IMG/VR virus record: IMGVR_UViG_3300029319_008653 | Location: 1 to 64,000 of that record | Strand: one strand, 5' to 3' | DNA: 64,000 nt | Source: a virus | Shown here: positions 57,745-64,000 of the stretch, piece by piece | Numbering within the stretch: position 1 is the first letter of the stretch | Layout of the letters: the number at the start of each line of letters is the position of its first letter | The notes under the pieces: generated by a model | What the model saw: the letters and a program-made list of their open reading frames with translations, nothing else | Databases searched by the model: none | Told to the model about the DNA's origin: nothing | Translations under genes and position numbers: made by a program

Positions 57745-58719
57745 ATGAGCAAATATTTAATTACTGGTATAACTGGGTTTGCAGGTCCCCATCTAGCTAA
57801 CCTACTTCTTGAGGAGGGCCATGAAGTTCATGGCATAGTACGAACACCCAATGGTAGAGAGCTTGATTTAGTAGATATAATTAGCGTAGAGAATTTAGAA
57901 AAAATAAAGTTTCATCACATCGATCTTAAACATTATTATGGAGTAAAAAAATTATTTGATAATTATGAATTTGATGGGGTATTTCATTTAGCAGCTCAAT
58001 CACACCCACCAACGAGTTTTAAAGATCCAGTTTTAACTTGGGAAGAAAATGTCAACGGTACAGTAAACTTAATAACAGCTCTCGAAGGCAGTAAGACAAG
58101 ATTTATGTTCTGCTCTACTAGTGAAGTATACGGAGACACTTGTAAAGATGTAGGATTATTAAAAGTAGATACACCATTAATACCTAGTAACCCCTATGGT
58201 ACTTCTAAAGCTGCAATGGATATGTATGTAAGAGAGCGCAGTGCTAATGGTTATTTAGATGGTTTCGTAACTAGAGCATTTAGTCATACTGGTCCTCGTA
58301 GAGGTAAGATTTTTAGTATTAGCTCAGATGCATATCAGATTGCTAATATGGTTTTAGGAAGACAAGAATTAGTTTTAAAAATAGGAAATCTACAAACTGA
58401 AAGAGTAGTTATAGATGTAAGAGACTGTGTAAACGCTTATTATAAATTAATGTTAAATCCTGAAACTAAAGGAATGGCATTTAATGTTTGCGGAAGCGAT
58501 GTTCATAAAATGCAGCACTACACAGATCTACTAATTGAAAAATCTGGTTTAAAAGGAGTAGAACAAAAAATTTATGAACCTTACTATCGACCTATTGATA
58601 TACAGGTTCAGATAGGAGATTCAAGTGAACTAACTAATATGACAGGATGGAAGCCTGAAATATCTCTAGAACAAACAATGGGAGATTTATTATCATATTG
58701 GGTAGATAAACTCAAATGA
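57745..58719 (+). CDS. gmd: GDP-mannose 4,6-dehydratase / GDP-sugar reductase family SDR
   Basis: ITGITGFAG, HLAAQSH, STSEVYG, PYGTSK, RAFSHTGPR; own early promoter at 57712-57739. Confidence 0.8.
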   Translation: MSKYLITGITGFAGPHLANLLLEEGHEVHGIVRTPNGRELDLVDIISVENLEKIKFHHIDLKHYYGVKKLFDNYEFDGVFHLAAQSHPPTSFKDPVLTWEENVNGTVNLITALEGSKTRFMFCSTSEVYGDTCKDVGLLKVDTPLIPSNPYGTSKAAMDMYVRERSANGYLDGFVTRAFSHTGPRRGKIFSISSDAYQIANMVLGRQELVLKIGNLQTERVVIDVRDCVNAYYKLMLNPETKGMAFNVCGSDVHKMQHYTDLLIEKSGLKGVEQKIYEPYYRPIDIQVQIGDSSELTNMTGWKPEISLEQTMGDLLSYWVDKLK

Positions 58720-59564
58720 TATGCGGTGAACAATTTCAGTTATTATCGGAAGTTAGCTTTCATGGAGAGTTAACTGATAATATAATTATAGAACAGAATA
58801 ATTCTATACCTCAAAATCTTTTAAAGATAAGCGATACTGATCCTTTAGAAATTAAAAAATATAATTGTATTTTTATATATACTCATTTTGCAGAAGAATT
58901 TTTTAATAAATTTTTTAATCATTTAAATGAGGGCGTTACAATTATAACACATAATTCAGATGCTGGTATAGATAGTAAATTTTTACCTTATCTTAATTCA
59001 AGTAAAATAAAAAAATGGTACTGCCAAAATAGACTTATTGATCATCGTAAATTATTTTCCATACCTATAGGCATAGCTAACAGTCAATGGGGGCATGGAG
59101 ATTTCGATACTATTGCTAAAATAAGAGATGAAAAAAATTATAAAAATAATTTAGTTTTTAAAAATTTTAGTATCGGTACAAATGTAGTTGAAAGAAAAGA
59201 ATGTGACCATTTTACTTCAATGAATAATATAAAAATGAGCCCTAATACTCCTAATATAGATTATTGGCGGAATATATCTAAAAGTGCATTTACTATTTCT
59301 CCTCCCGGAAATGGAGTTGATTGTCATAGAATATGGGAGTGTTTATATTTACGATCGATACCTATAGTAAAATATCATAAAGCTTTAAATCAATTTAATC
59401 ATCTACCTATATACTTTGTTAAAAATTGGGATGAAGTAACAATACCAAATTTAAGAGATAAATTATCAGATAACTTAAAAAAGATGCACGAAAAATTTAT
59501 TAAAGATTTTAAGAATATAAAAGAATTAGATATTAATTATTGGAAATCTTTATTGCTTTCATAA
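58716..59564 (+). CDS. exostosin-like glycosyltransferase-related protein
   Basis: THNSD, IPIG, ISPPGNGVDCHRIWECLYL. Confidence 0.7.
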   Translation: MICGEQFQLLSEVSFHGELTDNIIIEQNNSIPQNLLKISDTDPLEIKKYNCIFIYTHFAEEFFNKFFNHLNEGVTIITHNSDAGIDSKFLPYLNSSKIKKWYCQNRLIDHRKLFSIPIGIANSQWGHGDFDTIAKIRDEKNYKNNLVFKNFSIGTNVVERKECDHFTSMNNIKMSPNTPNIDYWRNISKSAFTISPPGNGVDCHRIWECLYLRSIPIVKYHKALNQFNHLPIYFVKNWDEVTIPNLRDKLSDNLKKMHEKFIKDFKNIKELDINYWKSLLLS

Positions 59565-60312
59565 TATCTTTTTCAGATAAAGTATATACTCCTGGTTTAG
59601 TAACTGATATACCTGCGCAGATATTAGCAAATTTTATACTATCCTCAATACTATTATCTAACATATAATAAAATAAGCTAGCTAAAAATACATCTCCGGC
59701 TCCACAAACATCAAATACATCTACTGCTTTAGATTTATAAATTTTATTATTAAATCTAGCTCCTTTAGCTCCTAATGTTGTTATAACTGTATTTGAACTG
59801 TCAATATTATAAGCACTTTCCTCTTCAAGATCATTAATTTTTATAATGCAATTTTTAAAGCAGGATAAATCTTTTTTCTTACTATCAACAAATATAGGTT
59901 TACCTTTAAATTTTTCACATAAAAAAGTGCAATCTTCGGGACGCAAAAATCCCTTATTATAATCACTTATAATTAAATGGGTATAATTATTAGATATATT
60001 TCTATTAAGAGTAGATTTTATTTTGGGGTCTTGATCTATTCTTATTAAATGCTGTTTGCTTTTTACATCTAAAATTCTAGTTTTAATTATCTCTTCTTCA
60101 TGAGTTAAAAGATCAACATTTACCTTATCTAAACCTAAAGTAAACATAAACAATGCTTTTAAATTTCCTAAAACGTTTAAACTCATTCCAGGATTCATAT
60201 CTTCGGATAATTTCTTAATTACAGGTACTGGAGCCTCGGGACTTATTCTATCTACAGAGCCCTCTATATAAACATCAGTACAGCAATCTCCTACTAGTAA
60301 AATATTATTCAT
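59533..60312 (-). CDS. HldE/RfaE domain I heptose-7-phosphate kinase (PfkB family)
   Basis: RISPEAPVPV, ISDYNKG, DVCGAGDVF. Confidence 0.9.
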   Translation of the reverse strand: MNNILLVGDCCTDVYIEGSVDRISPEAPVPVIKKLSEDMNPGMSLNVLGNLKALFMFTLGLDKVNVDLLTHEEEIIKTRILDVKSKQHLIRIDQDPKIKSTLNRNISNNYTHLIISDYNKGFLRPEDCTFLCEKFKGKPIFVDSKKKDLSCFKNCIIKINDLEEESAYNIDSSNTVITTLGAKGARFNNKIYKSKAVDVFDVCGAGDVFLASLFYYMLDNSIEDSIKFANICAGISVTKPGVYTLSEKDIMKAIKISNN

Positions 60313-60691
60313 TATTTTTTAAAATATTTGTAGTTGAATGACCATCAACAAAATTAAAAATTTTAACTTCTGCTATACCGTTGCCTACTACTTCATCGTG
60401 AGTATAGTCTCCACCTTTAACGATAATATCTGGTTTAATTTTAAAAATTAAATTATATGGAGTATCCTCTTCAAATATAATAACCTCATCTACGCATCGT
60501 AGAGCTTCTAGCATTTCTTTTCTTAAGCTTTGAGTATTGAAAGGCCTGTCTTTTCCTTTTAATTTTTTAACACTAGTATCACTATTAAGACCTACAATTA
60601 AGTAGTCACCCTGCTTTTTAGCATACTCTAAACATCTTACATGCCCTATATGTAAGATATCAAAACAACCATTTGTAAAAACCTTAATCAC
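60305..60691 (-). CDS. HldE/RfaE domain II heptose-1-phosphate adenylyltransferase
   Basis: FTNGCFDILHIGH, GLNSD, KGGDY, STT. Confidence 0.92.
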   Translation of the reverse strand: MIKVFTNGCFDILHIGHVRCLEYAKKQGDYLIVGLNSDTSVKKLKGKDRPFNTQSLRKEMLEALRCVDEVIIFEEDTPYNLIFKIKPDIIVKGGDYTHDEVVGNGIAEVKIFNFVDGHSTTNILKNNE

Positions 60692-61043
60692 CTTTTATAA
60701 TTCTTATACTATCTGATTCAAAATGTTGAGTCGAAAATTCAAGCATTTCAGTATCTTCTAATGCTTTCATTTGGTGTCTTAATCCAGGCTTTACATAAAA
60801 ATTATCACCCGGTTCAAGTATAACTTTTTGAGCTGTATCAATATTATTATACTCGCTAAAAGTAACTTCTAATTTACCCGTTCTAATATAAAAAACTTCA
60901 TCCTTTATATTATGATAATGCCAAGAACATTTTTTACCTCGAGTAAAGAATAAAATCTTACCACAATATTCTTCTTTATTGACTATCCATTTTTCGTAGC
61001 CCCAGCCCTTAGGTACAAACTTAATGTCCGAAAAATTCTTCAT
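60684..61043 (-). CDS. cupin (mannose-6-phosphate isomerase-like)
   Basis: KGWGYEKW, SWHYH..KDE.F, RHQM, EFST; start uncertain. Confidence 0.8.
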   Translation of the reverse strand: MKNFSDIKFVPKGWGYEKWIVNKEEYCGKILFFTRGKKCSWHYHNIKDEVFYIRTGKLEVTFSEYNNIDTAQKVILEPGDNFYVKPGLRHQMKALEDTEMLEFSTQHFESDSIRIIKGD

Positions 61044-61344
61044 CTGTAAATCCTTTATCATCTATATACATATCAGCAGCTGGCTTACCCATAAAAAGCT
61101 CATGATATTTTACACCCCAACTGGCTAGCTGTTTTTCGGTTATTAATCTTAAGTCTAACTCTGCTTTTTTAGTATCATTATTATATCTACCCATACCTCT
61201 TGCCGTATGTAATATTATTTTATTGTCTTCTTCGTTAAACAATCTATTTATATGATCTATTCTATATGTAATAGGCTGGGCTTCTTCATAGTTTCCATCC
61301 GTTAAAGTACAAATAGTACCGTCTATATCAAAACAATAAATCAT
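61021..61344 (-). CDS. HAD-superfamily phosphatase
   Basis: FDIDGT, TARG, GKP, YIDDK; early promoter at 61351-61378. Confidence 0.85.
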   Translation of the reverse strand: MIYCFDIDGTICTLTDGNYEEAQPITYRIDHINRLFNEEDNKIILHTARGMGRYNNDTKKAELDLRLITEKQLASWGVKYHELFMGKPAADMYIDDKGFTDEEFFGH

Positions 61345-61401
61345 ATATATATTTTAGTATATAAATTGGAAATTTCAAGGAACTATAGTATAATATAGAA
61401 A

Positions 61402-61803
61402 ATGAAACAAGTAAAAATAACAGAAACAGCTCCTAAGACTATCTTTTGCGATATTGATGGTACTTTGATTAAACACCCTAATCACGATGGGAAGCAAAGG
61501 CTTTTTAAAATTCCAAAGCCTACACATGAAGCAGAGGCTTTACCTGGTACTCTAGATAAATTATGGGACTGGGAAAGTAAAGGATATAATATTATCCTAA
61601 CAACAGGTCGTAAGGAATCAATGCGATCTGAAACTGAAAAACAATTAAAAGAAATAGGTCTATTTTGGGACCAACTTGTGATGGGATTAGGTAGCGGTCG
61701 TAGATATGTTATTAATGATCTTGAACCAGGTACAGAAGCTAACACCGCTAATGCAATTAATCTTGAAAGAGATGCTGGCATTGGTACTATAGAGGAGCTA
61801 TAA
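61402..61803 (+). CDS. HAD-superfamily phosphatase-like protein
   Basis: CDIDGT, TTGR, IND. Confidence 0.8.
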   Translation: MKQVKITETAPKTIFCDIDGTLIKHPNHDGKQRLFKIPKPTHEAEALPGTLDKLWDWESKGYNIILTTGRKESMRSETEKQLKEIGLFWDQLVMGLGSGRRYVINDLEPGTEANTANAINLERDAGIGTIEEL

Positions 61804-61810
61804 TTATATT

Positions 61811-62401
61811 ATGATTATTGAAGATATTAAAGTTTATGACGGTCCGTTAATTCATAAGCGTTTTGCTTATGACTTTTTTAGAAATAATACTTTACCTATT
61901 GGTAATATTATTTCATTTAGATGTCCTATGGACGTTAACGTAAGCGGTATGATTGATCAAGAAGACGTACTTCAAGGTGATTATATCTATAGTGAAGATG
62001 CTATAAACTTTTGTTGGGAAATACCTAACTTAGATAAGTTTGGTGCAGTAGCATTTCAACGACTTTTAAATACTCAGATTGCTAATATCTTATCTTCTAA
62101 GTACATTAAGAAACCTATTGAAGTAGATGGCGACGACCTAATGGTTCATGATGAGTTTACCGGTAGTGATAATAAGTTACAAAAGGTAGGTAAATGTAGT
62201 GTAAGTATTACGTACTCTAAAGATAATGTAGCTATTGGTCATACAGGTATTAATATTAATGCTGGTCGTAAAGCTCCTTCATTTGCTTATAGTACTAAAC
62301 TTAGTGACGATGAAGCTAGTAAATTTATGCAAGAAGTTATAGATCTCTTCTATGGTATGGTAGATGATATGTTTATAGCTACTACAAAAATTAATCTGTG
62401 A
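61811..62401 (+). CDS. DUF366-family protein (BPL/LplA-like fold)
   Basis: YDG, SFRCPM, MID.ED, QRLL, GDDL, GKCSVSI, HTGINI. Confidence 0.75.
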   Translation: MIIEDIKVYDGPLIHKRFAYDFFRNNTLPIGNIISFRCPMDVNVSGMIDQEDVLQGDYIYSEDAINFCWEIPNLDKFGAVAFQRLLNTQIANILSSKYIKKPIEVDGDDLMVHDEFTGSDNKLQKVGKCSVSITYSKDNVAIGHTGININAGRKAPSFAYSTKLSDDEASKFMQEVIDLFYGMVDDMFIATTKINL

Positions 62402-62760
62402 ATATATTTCAATATATAAATAGTTTACTCTTTAGTAAGAAAAAAATTGATATGAACTGCGATGATGAGTCGCAGTTTAATCTGTATATGGTTAATAGGT
62501 GGGGTAGTATGTATTCTCCTGAAATAGCTAATTATATAAACGAGACTAGTAATAAGTATTGGAGTTTGTTTAATGATAAAATATCTCAATATGAATACAT
62601 ATATAATATATTACCTCGGTTAAAATATAAGCGTCTCTCTTATATAAAGAAGATAAAAAAAGAGAAAAAGAAGAAGGAAGATGAGCCTATAATTCCAGAA
62701 TTTTCTTCTAAGCGAGAATATAAAATGTATGTTGATTTGGAAACTACCGTTAATAAGTAG
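62398..62760 (+). CDS. clamp-loader small subunit (gp62-like)
   Basis: FQYINS, YMVNRW.S, QYEY..N.LPR. Confidence 0.65.
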   Translation: MNIFQYINSLLFSKKKIDMNCDDESQFNLYMVNRWGSMYSPEIANYINETSNKYWSLFNDKISQYEYIYNILPRLKYKRLSYIKKIKKEKKKKEDEPIIPEFSSKREYKMYVDLETTVNK

Positions 62761-62765
62761 TTTAT

Positions 62766-63215
62766 ATGACACAAGCATCAATTGACCATCTAGCACCAAA
62801 AAGAAGCCTTATTGATCTCGCAGGGCATGATAAGCGAGAGTTTGATATAGGAGATGATTACAAACTTTCATTTGTATATGATGATATTATTCTTGTTGAA
62901 TTCGTAGATACAGGAGACGAAGGAGCAGGAGATGTAATTGAAAGAGGTGGTATTTTTGTACCTACCAATAGCTTAACTAAAGCTTGGAGAAAAGCAAAAG
63001 TAATCCTAGCAGGTCCTCAATGCGCGTATACCAAAGTAGGAGACATAGTAATGTTTCCTAATGACAAAGGAGCCAGCGTAGCAAATATGGAGATAGACGG
63101 CTATGGCAAAGTTAAAGACGGTATGTTCTTAAATGAACAAAGGTTATTCGGTATATGTGTTAAAAAAGGTGATAAAAAAATAACACGTAAGAAGAATAAA
63201 AATGCCTCAAGTTAG
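62766..63215 (+). CDS. GroES-like co-chaperonin (gp31-like)
   Basis: DIILVE, GGIFVP, KVILAGP, KVGDIV, FLNE. Confidence 0.8.
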   Translation: MTQASIDHLAPKRSLIDLAGHDKREFDIGDDYKLSFVYDDIILVEFVDTGDEGAGDVIERGGIFVPTNSLTKAWRKAKVILAGPQCAYTKVGDIVMFPNDKGASVANMEIDGYGKVKDGMFLNEQRLFGICVKKGDKKITRKKNKNASS

Positions 63216-63567
63216 TCTATCATCTTTAAGAGAAACATTACTGTCTAACGTTTGCGAGATTAAATTTGCTAAACGAACAAGTCCAGAACTACGTACTATG
63301 CTCTGTACTTTAGATACTGCACTACTTAATAGTATTAATGGACGTACTACTTTAAATTTTAAACCACCTACACAGGCACCAGATTATAATCCTGAATCTA
63401 AAAATCTTTTATTAGTTTGGGATATTATTATGCAAAATTGGAGAATGGTTAGCATGGATAATTGTAACTTAATTAAAACCATTCCACGAGATGAGTTTTG
63501 GGAATATTTTAACGAGTTTATCTATCCAATGACATTGGAAGAGAAAAACGCGTTTATGGGAAGATGA
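63202..63567 (+). CDS. DUF2693/WYL-like SH3-fold protein
   Basis: EIKFAK..RTMLCTL..VWD...WR. Confidence 0.65.
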   Translation: MPQVSLSSLRETLLSNVCEIKFAKRTSPELRTMLCTLDTALLNSINGRTTLNFKPPTQAPDYNPESKNLLLVWDIIMQNWRMVSMDNCNLIKTIPRDEFWEYFNEFIYPMTLEEKNAFMGR

Positions 63568-63908
63568 ATATAGTAGAAAAAATAGAAACAAGTCTTCAGA
63601 ATTATCTATTAAGAGATGTTATTTTCTTTATAGATGGAGGCAAAACTTTAAAAAAAGGAAAGCTAATTTTATTTAAATTTAAAGAGTTTCATTATGTTTT
63701 TACATTAAAAAATGAGAAAGAAGAGCTTAAGGTATATGAAATACCATATCCTTATAATACAGAATTTAAGGACGATCATACACGTTTTTCATATAGCTTA
63801 GAACATTTTACATTACCAGAAAGTGAATTATATTATCGTACTAAGCTTCTGGATAAAAGTAACTGCGATAAATTATTTGATCAGACACTTGTTTTATCTG
63901 CTATATAG
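63564..63908 (+). CDS. hypothetical protein
   Basis: ATGA-coupled ORF. Confidence 0.65.
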   Translation: MNIVEKIETSLQNYLLRDVIFFIDGGKTLKKGKLILFKFKEFHYVFTLKNEKEELKVYEIPYPYNTEFKDDHTRFSYSLEHFTLPESELYYRTKLLDKSNCDKLFDQTLVLSAI

Positions 63909-63922
63909 TATATAATCTATAT

Positions 63923-64000
63923 ATGTTAGGTCGCTTTCTATCTAAATTTCCTGAGGGATATACTCCGAGCAAACAGCAAGTAAAGCTAATAAAGAGTATT
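63923..64000 (+). CDS. 5' end of a gene running out of the window (possibly a DinG-like helicase)
   Basis: TATAAT-N6-ATG; MLGRFLSKFPEGYTPSKQQ resembles a helicase Q-motif region. Confidence 0.4.
   Translation, partial: MLGRFLSKFPEGYTPSKQQVKLIKSI

Noticed and set aside
2556-61781. Short antisense or alternate-frame ORFs in the track (e.g. 2556, 4220, 5591, 9181, 11449, 18187, 20045, 39382, 47449, 47502, 61482)
   Set aside because: They lie inside well-supported genes and lack motifs and promoters, so they are shadow ORFs
1-64000. CRISPR array, tRNA or rRNA genes
   Set aside because: No spaced direct repeats or cloverleaf/T-loop patterns were seen in the few intergenic gaps; the only tandem repeats are coding (39475-39884). 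tRNAscan was not run.
1-64000. Stop-codon reassignment
   Set aside because: Conserved genes are full length in the standard code and coding density is high

Overview
This is an AT-rich, densely coding segment of a large T4-like (myovirus-type) bacteriophage, probably aquatic. It contains: (1) a minus-strand replication/recombination block (uvsY-uvsW-gp55-gp47-gp46-glycosyltransferase-gp43 polymerase-APS kinase/HxGH nucleotidyltransferase-uvsX-queC) with a structured ~200-nt ncRNA-like element; (2) late-expressed proteins, many with T4 capsid-targeting-like N-termini; (3) a ~14.6-kb tailoring-enzyme island after a Cys-rich Ig-like late protein (2 radical SAM/SPASM enzymes, 2OG oxygenase, cupin, nucleotidyltransferase, 2 PLP aminotransferases, PIG-L deacetylase, amidinotransferase, 2 SDRs, 5 glycosyltransferases); (4) a dispersed preQ0 (7-deazaguanine) pathway (folE2, queD, queE, queC) plus a DUF366 protein, with queE heading an operon with two AdoMetDC paralogues and spermidine synthase; (5) a second glycan cluster (GT2/GT47/GT11-like, Gmd-like, split HldE); and (6) auxiliary genes (PhoH, SOD, NUDIX, Hc1, GroES). 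More than 20 early and late promoters sit 5-7 nt from the start codon, which points to largely leaderless transcription. No CRISPR array, tRNA or rRNA was seen. All protein calls come from motif recognition by eye, not database searches.
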